Shown here: piece by piece, positions 24,337 through 37,756 of the stretch
Layout: every line of letters begins with the position of its first letter
Numbering within the stretch: position 1 is the stretch's first letter
Source of the DNA: Amphiscolops sp. MND2022
Lineage: Eukaryota
Length of the DNA: 64,000 nucleotides
Assembly: GCA_964187785.1 (NCBI GenBank)
Contig: OZ076409.1
Coordinates: 31,992,001-32,056,000 of the forward strand
Reading direction: 5' to 3'
Position numbers and translations under genes: made by a program
Notes under the pieces: generated by a model
The model's input: only the letters and a program-made list of their open reading frames with translations
What the model was told of the DNA's origin: nothing
Database searches by the model: none

Positions 24337-27300
24337 TTGTCATATCTCCCAATTTCAACCTCCTTAACCTTGAAGAGGAAACGCCACATGTACTACATAC
24401 CGATGGACTTCGAACAACTCACACTTGATGGTCTTATTGATACAGGAGCGCTTACAAGTGCAATCTCTGAACAACACTTCAATAAAATCAAGCTGTTTGC
24501 AAGCGAAGCCATTAAAAAAACTGGTCCTCCACCAAACTTCCAAATTATGGTGGCCAATGGACAACTAGAAGTCCCCGTCGGTACAGTATTACTTGAATTC
24601 GAAGTGGCTGACTTCATGTTAAAGGAAAACTTCACGATCATGAAAAATCTACCAAACCCACTCATTAGATTGTGTTTTGTTAGAAGGAATAATGCAAGCT
24701 TCGATGTCACTCAAGGCATCTTAACTTTTCCTAACCTCTCAATGCAACTTAAACCTGATGCACAAATAGCAATACGCCAAGCAACACCACTGTTTGCCAA
24801 AAACACCTACACCCTACAACCAGGCGAAAAACTTGCGATAGCAAGCAAAATGCCTCACCTGATGGACCATGACGCGACAGGAATTGTCACGCCATCACAA
24901 CAATTTGAAAGCCATAATAGCATTTTTATCACAGCATCTCTTAGCACTGTTAATAACATGGCCATCAGATATCAAATCATCAACTTTTCCGAATTACCAT
25001 ATACAATAACCCTTGATACCCATTCAGCGGATTTCAAGATACTTACTCCAGAACAAATCAACCACACCCAATCGATGGACCCGGCGTTGCTATCCTTCAT
25101 GATACAATATGAAGAAACAACAGAAGTCTACATAAATGAGTCTACTTCTAAAAGTCTCACAACCCAATGCCGAGCAGGATGCAAACTGGTGCCCAACCCC
25201 TGAAGAACCAAGCGACCCAGCTACTTACACCCCAATTCAACAACGAATATACAACGAACTTCTCGAAATAAAAGAGTTCGTGAAACTAAACCCTCATAAT
25301 GATGAATAATCCCGGGAAGCTTTTCTTTCACGCTTCGATTGGTCTGATTCGACACTCAAACATCAAGAACAACAGAAAAATGAAGAAATCCTCATCGAGT
25401 TTCCCGATATCTTTGCCAGACACCGTTTCGATATTGGCACAAACCGTGAATTTAAAAAGAAACTAACTCTGAACGATGACAGACCTGCTTATAGCTAAAG
25501 CCTACCAACACCGATTAACCTAAAAGATGACATCACGGTAGATCGTGCACTTCTCCACAAACTCGGGGTTATCACAACTCTACCTTAATAATAACCACCC
25601 GGTAAGCACTTTATCGGAGGCAGCCTAACACATGGCAGGAAAAATTTTTTCTACAAATTGGAATGCTCCCAGGATTACCACTACCTTCAAATAGCAGATT
25701 ACCAATCAATCCAAATGCTAGCTATCAATTTTGCAAGCAGAACATTTGCTTATATTCGTCTTGCCCAGGGCCTCAGCAGATCGCTTTCTGCATTCTCAAG
25801 CTTCTTGAGAGAGTACCTCATTAAAGCAGACCAATGTGCCCAACATGTAGATGACATTGGAATAGCTGCCAATGACACAAAACAGTTGTGTACAAACATC
25901 AGAACCGTCTTTGAATGCATACGTAACGCGAGATTGAAACCGTCCATGTCAAAGTGACATTTCGGAGTCAAACAAGTCGACTTCTTGAGACGTACAATCA
26001 CACCACATGGGGTCGCCCCTCAAGCCGGCCAAGTGAAAGATTTCCTCTCAAAACTTCGTTTTCCCAAATCAAAAAAGGCGTTACAAAGATACATAGGATT
26101 CCTAAACTATTATCGAAACTACATTCCACGCCTTTCCGAACGGCTTGCCCCGTTCTTCAAACTCCTTAAAGAAACTTCCAAGTTTTATGAACCAACAAAT
26201 CTGGTAGAAGATTTCATAAACCTCAACAATTTTCTTGAACTTTCTTGCCAATTAGCATTGAAGAAACTTTTGAAAACAAGCTACTTATAGTCATGTCCGA
26301 TGCAAGTTTCATGGCAGCAGCATATGCAATCATGATACAAGATGACTCGAATCAAAAACTACAATCCAAGCGCAAAACATATGCATTAATAGCATTTGGC
26401 TCAAAAACATACAATCCAACACAAACGAAAAAGTCAATATTTGCGGAAGAATTCCGTTCTATATTTTTTGCATTTGTTGAATTTGGACACCTCATGTGGG
26501 GAAACATCTTCACAGTCATAGTGTTCACAGCCGATCGCTCAGTAACTCCATTTTTTCAAACAAAAATGATTCTTCCAGCACTCTGGAACTCATGCGATTA
26601 TGTCTTGCAATACAATTTCGTAACCGCCCATGTTGCTGGTTCAATGAACACCGCAGCTGACTTCTTCTCTAGAACAGAAGTTGACCCAATTGAAAAAGTC
26701 GAAAAGACCATTCGTAATGATATTCACACAAAAGCAATTGAAGTGATTATTCAATCATCTGGCATCGTTGAAGAAGAACAAATCTATGTTCTCCCCGACA
26801 ATGAAATTGACCAAAATCAACTTTGGGAAGAAAAACAAAATGAACGAAATCATGCTCAAACCGAAATCCACAATGACCCAGAAAATGAGGTCGCTGAACT
26901 ACAACAATTTCACAAACCCACATCAGATTTGATCTCAGTATCATCAGGGTACTTCAAAAACAATGCAAGAATTCGTCTCGAACAAAATAATGACATAGTC
27001 CTCAGAAACCTGAGAGCCAAAACCGAAGGCGAAAATGAGAGGCTTTTGGCAAAAATGAATTGGCATCTGATTAGAGAAAGCAACATTACCTTCAAAACAT
27101 ACCAAGAATAGAAATTAAACAGGAAGTCCCTACCAGAAAATATTATACAACACAGGAACCACATCTCACAACCAAATTCTGCTACCAATCCAACTTCTAG
27201 ATGAACTTCTTCAGGCCCTACATGGTCATAATTCAAACCATCCAGGAATCACGAAAATGATACAGGAAGCAAGACAAAAGTATTACTACCCATGTCTAGC

Positions 27301-28730
27301 TAAATACATCAAAAAATGGGTCAATAATTGTCAAACTTGCATTCAAACAAAACGTAATAACAACGATCTCTTTAGAACCGATCTCCGCAATTGCCCCGAA
27401 TTGGATCTTGGCCCAGAAGACATTCCACAGATGGATATTTTACCAAACCTTCCTCCCAGCGGTGGTTATGATCATTTCATCACAACAACAGATGTCTTCT
27501 CGAGATACTTGTTTGCCTATCCTGTAACTCGCATTACTGCAACAGCGGTATCGAGAGTCATCATGTACATACAATGCAAGCACACCTACCTTCCAAAAAC
27601 CATAATTACTGATTTAGGAACTCAGTTCGACGCACAAGTAACTAATTAAATTGCAGCAGTGCTAGAAATCGAGCTCAAACACGCAACAATGAAACATGCC
27701 CAAACAAAAGGACTCCTTGAGAGAACTCATGCATCTGTAAAAACACACCTAAAAGCCGCAATAGGCGAGTTCAGGAAAAATTGGCAGTCCTTAATCACAA
27801 CACGACATACTATGCATCACTCGGTTGTGAGCCTTCACGAGTCTTCCATTGTCGGATAGGATACCTCACAATATCCTAGACTATAAACTTGGATATGATC
27901 CCAATCCAAGATATCAACCACAAACTGACATTGCCGAGGAAATTCATAAACGAATGAAAAGTCTTCTCGATCAACCAAAAAAGAATAATTTGCAATCTTA
28001 CCTCAAGTACGAAGCCTGTTACGATAGAAAAGCAAAAGCAGCTCCACTTGAAACTACGGACTATTACGATATTCTGAACCCAAAGGATGATACGCAAGCA
28101 ACAAAAATACCAATCCGAGAATCCAGATGGTGTGGACCGTATCACGTAGAAAAAGTGCTTCATATCAATAACTATTTTGCCCGGAGTCTTAGAACTAATA
28201 AAACGCAACTACTACACAAGATTAGTCTGCAAAAATTCACTCCGCAAGCCCCATCAGCAAACATTTTTGTTCGTGAAACTGATTGGCAAAAAGATGACCA
28301 AATACCAATAGCAAATGATGATCTATATGCCCAATCATGGAACACGAACTTTGGGTCTAACCGTTTGATGATGGTCCGTCAGAGTATCCACAAGATGCAG
28401 AAGACACGGAATACATCCCAATACAAATACCCGAGAAAAAACCGCCCAACCTCCCCAGGATTTTCAAAAAAATGGCAGATGCCCAGTGGAACAGACCATT
28501 GAATCAGATAAAAATCATGCAACTGAAATCCCTCAGCAAATCAGTGAAGATGATCAAAATACCCAAAAAAACCATAAAGATACCAATAATTCATCGGAAA
28601 ATGACATTCAAAAACCCCAGAAAAATTCAAAAATACCTCATTGCAAAAAGGACCCATAAACACCCGTGGTGAAAATTACAACTTACGTCCCAATCTCAAC
28701 CCAAATTACTCTGATTCTTACAGATACTAG
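24337..28730 (+). pseudogene. Ty3/Gypsy pol (protease, RT, RNase H, integrase), frameshifted
   Basis: LIDTGALTSAIS (aspartic protease); LAQGLSRSLSAFSSF...QHVDDIGIA (RT); VMSDASF (RNase H); YYYPCLAKYIKKWVNNCQTC, MDILPNLPPSGGY, ITDLGTQF, LERTHASVK (integrase); ends NLRPNLNPNYSDSYRY*. Confidence 0.92.
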
Positions 28731-28911
28731 ATAAAAAATGGAGAGAAATCTTCTTATCCTTTTCTTCGTTATGCGATATAGCGCATCATTTTCTCCTCTC
28801 ATTTTTTCTTCTGAACACGTAACAACACCAAAATAAATACAGGCAAACATCAAAGAATAATACAAAGAAGACAAAAGAAAAGTTAACAAAACTACAAACG
28901 ACAGTAGTTGA

Positions 28912-29253
28912 TCAGTTTTTCTTGCCTTTAGCAAGCTGGGAATTGCTCTTTTTTGCGATGTTTTCTTGAACTGCCTCAGAACAGCGACTGAGTGACACAC
29001 TGATTCTGTCCAATGTAGGGTCCGGTGACGGTGTGCTGTTGACGCTACTCGCACGACTGACACTTGGAGTGGTAGTGTTAGAAGTGACTACCGGCCTGTC
29101 ATGACGCAGAACCGCCTTTCTGTATTCGGCTTCCAGTTTTCCAAGCATTGTTGTTCGTCGGGGGCCACTTTCCTTCATTAAATTCCAGATGGAAAACTTC
29201 TTATCTACCAACGAATCGTTCCCGCGTCCTAACAATAGGAAGACTCGGTTCAC
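28912..29253 (-). pseudogene. Antisense ORF remnant downstream of Gypsy pol, product unknown
   Basis: 113-aa ORF opposite to pol with helical and Ser/Thr/Pro-rich parts; upstream frames broken. Confidence 0.35.
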
Positions 29254-30589
29254 AGTTTTCGGGTCCTTTTTAAAATTTCTCTTTTAGCAGGAGTATTATT
29301 GAAATCCAAAAGTGTTTACTTTTCTTTCAGTACATTTTTTGGGACGATACTCAATAATTCAGATATTTTGTTGGGCAGTTACGCGTGAGAATTGAATTCA
29401 TCAAGCTGCCGACGACAGTTCAATTCTAGTGCGATGGAGCGAGCGAGTGGTAATTTTCCATTCGTATGCTGACGTCATTGACATGAAGCGAGCGAATGTT
29501 CGTAATTGTGCTTTCGTTGCCCCGAGTTATTGTGATGAAGCGAATAAGTGTTAATTATTCGTTCACGGAGGGCTTCGCCTGCATTCAAATGCGAATGCGA
29601 AACTTCGTCTACGCTTAGTAGTTACATTTTCTTTATTCCGAGAAGAATTGAAGGCGGTCTAAACTTGTACAATGATTAATTGTGCGCTAAATAATGATTA
29701 AACAAGGGTGTTTTGATATTCCAGATATGATTTTTTTTATTAATGAAAGATTAAAGCAAAAGTAGTACTGAGCCCTGGAGGTGCCTATTTTATAACCTGG
29801 AGACGTGAGGGACAGTCAAATAACACAATTGAAGGCTTCTCAGACACGACTCGAACATCTCTACATCAGAAGCTAATTGTGGTAGTGGGACGGTAACAGT
29901 CGGAGGAGCTTCAACTAGAGGTGGCAAACAGAGGCAAGAAAGTTTAAACAAGTGAATCAATTCGGGCCGACATTGAACTTCATGATGAGCTACAAAATTT
30001 GAATCCAGTCAGTGACGGACTCGGAACGCACTTTGATGACAAAGGAACGATATTGGCCGATCGCTTTTGTTTTGTCACTGGAATTAATCAACTTCATGAA
30101 AACGAAATGGCTGGATACAAATTTACTCGGACGCAGCAACTTGCTTGCGACTACCAATCGGTGGAAGTCTTCATTCAAGATATATTTATCTGCGGTCTTG
30201 GAAGGAAGCGTGGATTGACTGCGATTCAACTGCAGATATCCATCTCAGTCAGAAATTGTGCCCAAAGTAGCGTCGGGCAATATAGTCTGGAGTTGACTGC
30301 AGATGAACACTGAGAAATGATGGAATAATCGGAAACCACCCTCCACACTTGTTCTGACCTCAGAGAATGCAGAATTGTCTAAAATTCATCAAATAACTCA
30401 ATGCTTATTACTGCTACACATGAGAACAAAACGAAAACGGGTATAAAATAATTCCTGGTAGGAGTTTCATTAATACATCAACAGTGAAAGCACTGTATTA
30501 AAGCATGCTTTCAAAGCAGACAATTGGAAATTATGCATTATCCAGCAGATCAGAATGACTATGAATTATCAATCGGAATGATTATGCGT

Positions 30590-30840
30590 TCTTATGCGGA
30601 ATTAGCATGAATGAAATCTATGCTCTTGTTTAAAAACTGTATGTGTGAATATACGTCACTATGCGGATCGAGGTGAAGTGTCTATGTGTCACCATGCGGA
30701 AATTCCAGAATAGACTATACGACACTCTACAGATCGAGGTGAAGTGACTAAACGTCACTCTGCGGAAATTCCAGAACAGACTATCGTCACTATGCAGATC
30801 GAGTTGTACTAGATCGTTACTACTATACGGCACCAAGCGG
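30590..30840. repeat. Tandem array with GTCACTATGC(G/A)GATCGAG / TGCGGAAATTCCAGAA.AGACTAT units (~60-66 bp)
   Basis: Direct reading. Confidence 0.7.
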
Positions 30841-31156
30841 AAATGAGCACAAGCAAGTATGACAGTAGAATACGTCAGAGAAGGAACACTTACACTACTA
30901 TCGAAAGGAAGAGGAAATGAGAACAGCAATTATAAAGAATTTCGCAAACAAATAGTGAAATACAAAAGACATCATTCGCAAAAGGGAAATCTGGAAGAAA
31001 TTTGTCGAAATGAAAGTATCTGCAGATGAAAAGCATTGTTTTCAAAATTCCTGGAACGGACTGAAATTTCCATAAATGTAGATAAACGAAAACTAGACAG
31101 CTGACAATGATCAATGACGCATCTTGTGACAAAAAGCCGGGCAAGGTACGCTGTGT

Positions 31157-31794
31157 CTAATTGGAAACACTCATCCAAATTGTTGGGTTAAAACGAAAAA
31201 AACACGGATGAAGGAAATGGAAACATTGCACCCAAATTTTGGTTAAACAGGGAGAATTACGAATTATACATACCTCCCGCAAATGGAAACCGTAGGCAGG
31301 GAGCCTGGCAAGCCGATTTAGATGGTACTTAACATGGTCCCAGTTGTTAGACAAGCTCTCAATTATCGCTGATGCTTCCTCGAGAGAATATTTCAGGTGG
31401 ATTACGCTCTGAAGAGAAAAAGAATGTAATAGAAATGAAGACCTTTGACGATATTTGGAATGACCGGTAAAACAATTACCTTATGGAGGAGAAGCAATTT
31501 CTTCAGTCAATCCCGGTCTAAAGCTGTACGCAACTTCATCAAATGAAAATCCAGTATTGTACGATAGTCATGCCGTTCTATGATTTGGGAAGTTGGGATC
31601 GAAAGACTTTGTTCAACCTCTGCAGGATTGAAGGTATTAACATTGACAGGTTGGTGTTTTCCCATGCGACAGGATTTTAGACATTCGCCTAATTTGCCAT
31701 TGTAATCCTTTCCGGAATAGTAGGGAACTTGATCTTTACGCGATCTTCGTTTCCCTGATGACTCTGCTCCTTGCAATGGATCCATCGTATCCAA
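31157..31794 (-). pseudogene. Decayed ORF of unknown function in retroelement context
   Basis: ORFs 31507-31794 and 31157-31354 read as parts of one broken coding region; no recognised domain. Confidence 0.3.
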
Positions 31795-32199
31795 GAAAAT
31801 GTTGTAGGTAGGGAAGGCCGAATTAATGAAGATTCAGGATGAGGATGAAGGGACTAATCTGCTCCGTGGAGGACAGAATAACTCAACAATAAACAGAATT
31901 GAATGAGAAGATTGATCGGCAATGATAACAAACTTTGACTAGAAAGACTATTTTAACAAACAAAATGACTTGATTAAGACAATTCGATTTAAAGGTGGGG
32001 CGTATCGAAAGAAGGCAAAAAGCCAAAAGCGAATGAAACGAGTGTGCACAAATGTGCAAAAGAATTGCTGAAATCTGATTGGTTAATTAAATGTCAATCA
32101 CGCCTGCCAACGTGATTGATTGACTCGCTATACCCTTGGATGCAAGAACACACGTGGATATATTACTGCAAAGCAAATTGGAACCATTTGATACGCGAG

Positions 32200-32345
32200 A
32201 GTATGCGGCAGTATGCGGAACGATTAGTGACGAGTATGCGGCAGTATGCCGAATTGCAGTGACGAGTGTGCGGCAGTATGCGGAATTGCAGTCGAAGACT
32301 ATGCGGCAGTATGCGGATCGAAGAGTGACGCATACTCGGCATTCT
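32200..32345. repeat. Short tandem array GAGTATGCGGCAGTATGCGGAA, ~33-bp period
   Basis: About 4 units read directly. Confidence 0.75.
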
Positions 32346-33185
32346 GCGGTTTTCGCTGTCTGCATTTAAAGAGATGGATTAAAACTGCTAGTTGTTGGAA
32401 GTGAATGAATAAGGCAGTATTACGTAATGCAATGAAGAAACTACACACTCTCAATGACAAACACGTGTGATATTACTGATGTTTGATATACATCACCAAT
32501 GCTCTTCTGAACATAATATGTTCGCGGAAGCTCACACTGGTGGTACCTTTTGGAAGTCTTTTGAAATAAATTACCAGTAAAACTGAAACTTATTTGTTAA
32601 ATTGTCAGCCCATTTGCATTTTTCAAATGCAGGACCAGAATTACTGTATGTCTTTTCTTAAAAATAGAATTTAGCCTAGAAGTGACATCAAATTAAAATG
32701 AATCATGTATCCTAACATTTTTCGTTTTCTCTTAAACTTAGTCATGCAAGGATAAACAAATTTGATTCTGAACTGCTTTAATGAATATATCCATGAAGTT
32801 GTTTTTTAGTTAAATTTTTTGTTTTATATCATTTGATTATCGGAGAAATGCTGTAAGCTTCGATGATAAGTGATGGTTCGTTGAAGTGTTAAGTGAAACA
32901 CCTTTTAAGGAAATTGTTTATAACTTGTTGTGAATGAAACCCGTGACACAAGTCTCCACGAAACCTTTATAAGGGTGATGAGGAAATCAAGACATGACAC
33001 TCAATTTTTCCTCGGGTTTTCCACCAAAGTCAGAAGGAGAAGAAAGATCCATCACCATATGGTCTTTAACTCAACTGAAAATCAGCAGCTTCTTTGTTAC
33101 GAACAACTTTGTGAAAACTCTGCACTAAACAGTCCGCCATCAACTGAAATTCAAGCCAAAGCGAGAGACGACAACCCTGAGGAAA

Positions 33186-34097
33186 ATGGAATTCAGCATC
33201 AATGTGTCCTCAATCATCGATGTGTCCAGTGAGTCCGAGGAGGGGTTCGGTGTGGAGCCCGGAGATGTCCAGGCCCTGGATGAGAGATTCCGAGTAGGGA
33301 GCCCAGGTACAGGTGCCATGTCCGCCTTTTTGGGCGCTGCTGCAGCAACTCTTTTCCCCTGTACTTCGCTCCCCTACTAGTCAGAGGAAGTCATTGACAC
33401 CACTGGGTCACAGATCGAAAGGCAATTAACGGAGTTTATCGAAGAACATCAAAATTACGACTCAGTCTCGTCACCGTCATTCTTTGATACGGAGTTCGAG
33501 GAATCTCCAGAATCATCAGAAGATGGACAATTGTTTTCCATTCAACAAATACGGCCGGGCCACCACTGCAGTTTTACCAACTCCGAGAGGTCGAAGCAGA
33601 GGAAGAGGATCAGCTACCCGTGCGGTACCAATTTACCCACCAGGCTACTCCTCGGAAATGAGCAATATCAGCGCAGTGGGAAATGGTATACGAGAAGTGC
33701 AAGCAGTGGACTTCAGAAATGAGTATAACTACCACAAAAATGGACCTCCTATCACCAATCTTAACGCATAACTCGTCAGCGTGCATCAACAACCCAATGC
33801 TGTCCCGCTGATGATACAAACACCGCCAATCCGCCAATTGTGCCTGACTTTATGGCCGTTCACAGAGGTCATCAAATCCAGCAATCAGCGCAATATGGGT
33901 TTATGCAGACTACTCACAGTACCAGTTTTCTCTCTTTACGCGCAAGCGAAAAGGGACACATACCGATTGTCCCCTACTGGTGCGGCAGAACTTACGATCA
34001 CATCGGACTGGAAATCTTAGGAGAGTATCTGCTTGCAACAGCATACGACGCAGAAACTGTCAGAGACCGGATTGTGCGATCACCGAGCTTTCATTGA
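33186..34097 (+). pseudogene. Decayed acidic/low-complexity ORF, probable retroelement accessory gene
   Basis: Overlapping ORFs 33186-33380, 33484-33771 and 33840-34097 read as one broken protein ending YWCGRTYDHIGLEILGEYLLATAYDAE. Confidence 0.3.
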
Positions 34098-35087
34098 TGG
34101 GTTTGAGGCAGCTCTGTTTACCTTCAAGAATGCAGGACTGTCGAAACCCAGAAGTTGCGTGGAACCCGTAGTGCAACGTTGATTGAAGGCAAGCAAACCA
34201 ACCATCATTACAAAACTGTGAAACTTTCATCCAGAAACTTTTTTTGTTTCAATTTGTTTCTCTTTAAATTGTCATGTAAACATTTTTATACAGTTTAACC
34301 TAAATAGGGTTTAGTTTTGTATGCCATTAAAAGCTTATGATTTCCTAAAATCCAGTTAAATATAGTGGAAACCAATGCTGATGAGCAATAGGTTACGTAT
34401 TGATGACTTTTATTTAGCGCAACTTGACTTAATTACCAGTCTGTGCTAATGACTATGCGGTATTATGCGGTTCGAGCATTACCACATACTCATCAATGTG
34501 CGTTTTTATCAAGCTCACTATGCGACATCCTGCGGTTCCAGGAGTGACGAGTAATCGTCATTTTACTTCACAACACTATGCGTCACCCTGCGTTTTCAGC
34601 AGTGTTAGCTATAAAATATCGGTATTGCTAGAGTGATTCGAATCGCGTTCAAGGTAATCATTTGTACGATGCTATTTATTGAGTTCTAGGGTCGTTGGGC
34701 TTTATATTTCTTGAGATATAAATAGTTTGACGTTCCTGACGTAATTCTCTTTTTATAAATCCCTGTATGATTCCCATAAAAAGGGGTATCAGGGTCCCCA
34801 TTTTCCTCGGGTTAGAAGCGCAGTAAATAGGGAGATTCATTCGAAAATTAACCTTCATATTATTCAGTTGTGCAAAATGGCCATCAAAATCAGCTCTGTA
34901 AACGCAGTTTTTTTATCAATTGTTCTATCACTTCTCTTTTGGATTTGGAAATACATGAGAGATGGGAAACAAGAGATACAGAAGGTCTCTACAGAAGGCT
35001 GGAAACCCCATCTCTTGACAGAGATAGAGAGAACACAGGTAGAAACCTCAATCACAGGTAAGGAAACCCAAACTAATTCTAATACGG

Positions 35088-35540
35088 TTGTTCGAGAAGA
35101 TAGGTGAAAACAACTCAGAAAATCAGTTGACTGAGCCCAGTCAGTTCAGCAGTGAAATCCAAGTTTGGACCCACATAATGGAACAAAAGAATGTTGATAA
35201 GATTGAAAAGATGAGACAAGAAATGGATAATAAACTCGAAGCGATTTTGAAAGAAGTTAAATCCAATAAAACTGCATCAACAGCAACAAACCCAAGGTCA
35301 GAAATCAATGAAATTCAAGATTTACAACCTTCGGTATACAAAACAAATAGGTCTATTGGACTTTGCGCATCTAATATTGAAAACACAGACTCTGAGAACG
35401 ATGATTATCCTCTAAAAGCTTCAAAAATGAAGGACTTGAAACATCCTGCAAGAGCATTGTTTCAAAACGAATCGGATGTAGACGTAACAATACATTCAAA
35501 AGAAGAGTCCGAGGTAGAGGATTATCACACAAAGAAATGA
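35088..35540 (+). pseudogene. Gypsy gag N-terminal fragment, copy 1 (copy 2 at 38460-38912)
   Basis: NQLTEPSQFSSEIQVWTHIMEQKNVDKIEKMRQEMDNKLEAILKEVK coiled coil, cut at ...EVEDYH by a different element. Confidence 0.6.
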
Positions 35541-37369
35541 TCTTCCTGAACTTTGTGAGAAGATGGAGTGGCAGTGTATTGTTGATGTTACTACACTCAT
35601 TCAGAACGGTAAACGCGTCCACCTTTTGCTACAAAATCATGTGGAACGTCTTTGTAGTGGTTTGAATCGAACAAATTGACAGGTTTTGCTGAAACAGTGA
35701 AGCAGTTTCTTTCAGAATGCTTAAAGATGTATAGATTTCGGAAGGAAAAAGTATTCGCAAAAACGCAAAGGTATTTGGGTATCCAAACTTGATGTCAGTG
35801 TTTACTATCTAGTGAGAAATTCAGTAGTTTAGTATACAGTGTCCCACTTTAATAGCCTGGAACTTCTGAAATCCACTCTTGAAAATGTCTGATAATGTTT
35901 TCACTATAAGTATATGGTTTTTCCTAATATGGTGGTACAGCGAAAACAAACATACAGAAACTTGAAACAGTGCAGGGACGAATTAAATGAGCTGTTTGCT
36001 TCAAAAGAATGCGAGTCTTCTTTGTAGCAGTTTGAGTTCTTTCTATTCGAAAGTATACAGAAGTTGTTTCGCAGATTCCAAAAGAGTCTCGGTTGCACGT
36101 ATTCGATGTCGACAAATCATGTGAGGTAATTAACACCCGTAGATGTCAAAATGTCTTGATTGATATCATATCTAGTAGAGCGGCTGGCGAAACTGCTGCT
36201 CTTTTTGCGTCCTCGTTCTAATTGCGTCTCTTCATCGATTAATTTTCTTGAGGTTTTGATTATTTTCATAATAATTCTAACTTATTCAATAAAATTACCT
36301 GTTCTGTTCTTTTGTAATGTTGATGTAACGACAAGCCATAGCCGTTCAATATGAAGTAGGAGGAACTCGTGACATGGGAATGTGCCCGGACATTATGCCT
36401 CCTGGGGTAAGAATCGTCCCGTCTTCTGGGGCTCGCTGGCTTGTTCTAGTCTGTTATTGCCAACAGCAACGTCATTTCGCTTTTTTCTCGGAACCACCGC
36501 TTAGCTGGCTGAATTAGGTTGATTTCTCTGGCTGATTCAAGACAATCGTTTCTTCTCTGTTTGTGCTGTTGGCACAAGGGTTGCCCAAAGGCAAAACCTG
36601 GTCCGCAGTTCGGAAATTCGAAGTAGGCTCGTCTAGAGTTGCTTGGGCTGATAGAAAGGTTGTGCACATTTCGGTTTTGTCATTTATGCTGAAACTGTCT
36701 TTCCTGATCCGAATTCGAAATACCCATACCAGAAAATTCTATGGTTATCAGGTTGGCTTTGGTGCCTTTCACGGCTTTCATACATGATGTGGTCGGCACG
36801 GCTTGCACCTTTGTGCTAGGTTTAAGTTTAACGTGCACACAGGAAGATTGGGAATCTGGTACAACAGTTTTGAACTCAATTAGACAGGCGGTGCTACTGA
36901 TTCTGTCGATTTCAAAGCTAGATTCTTTGTAGCTTGCGTCATTGACGTTTCTGTCTCCTCGAACAAGTCTCTGACTTTACCCCCCGAGGTGTTGGGGTTG
37001 ACTTTTTGCAAAACGCTGCTCATCGATTGAGTTTGGGAACACATCTCGTGCATCTGTGTTTCCATGCGAATTCACGTTGCCAAAATGTCTTTCTTTTCGG
37101 CAAATCGATAATTCATAGCCGTAACGGCTGCTTGACCTTTTTGCTGAGGCTTGACAAATTTTACGCCGCCTAATCCGTTGCTTAGTACTGTGGACCGTCA
37201 CTAAACAATTCCTGGTTTTCTTGTTTTTAAAGTACTGTATCTCTTGGCTGGTCGGTCCGAAGTGACCCGTAGGATTCTCCTGCGATCCCCTTTTGCACTC
37301 GTTTGGATCCGATGTGATCAGTAACACACTTCCCTCACTGTATCTTCACGCGCTCCGGCTCTCCAACTA

Positions 37370-37756
37370 TGAGAGTAGCTACTTAGTCGCTCTAACTCTA
37401 GTGAAAAGTTGTGAAGATTGAGAAGTTGATTAATTAGTCTCTTGGTCCTAACACCCAACTTGACTATAGCTATTCAGTCGTGAAAATCTCTATCTAATAA
37501 TGGTATACATATTGTTTACAATTCTACAGTAAATATTGCGCAAATATGAGTAAGTATAAATAAATGACATTTAAAGCATAATATGAAGTTATTAGCTATG
37601 TAAACAAACAATGTGGTGTTTTGGAGTGTTGATTAGGTGGTCTAGAAAGTATGTTTACACAATATAAATATCATCAATTCCAACAGAGTTACATTTTCTC
37701 CAATGACATATGACAAAATCACATAATATTTAGTACATCAAAATGTGTACCGTACA
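37370..37756 (-). repeat. 5' LTR of a minus-strand LTR element (copy 2 at 40738-41118, end-truncated), followed by PBS-like TGGAGAGCCGG and gag-like remnants to ~35540
   Basis: Minus strand reads TGTACGG...CTCTCA, then TAGTTGGAGAGCC, then broken ORFs 36977-37327 and 36880-37065. Confidence 0.6.

Noticed and set aside
23300-30000. Paired LTRs for the Gypsy element at 23.7-29.4 kb
   Set aside because: No direct-repeat pair found; the 5' end is truncated.
32200-32345. CRISPR-like appearance of the TATGCGG array
   Set aside because: Units are adjacent degenerate repeats without unique spacers; eukaryotic context and no cas genes.
34365-34395. Hammerhead ribozyme (GAAA...CTGATGA)
   Set aside because: Only 6 nt separate the core motifs and the required stems are absent.
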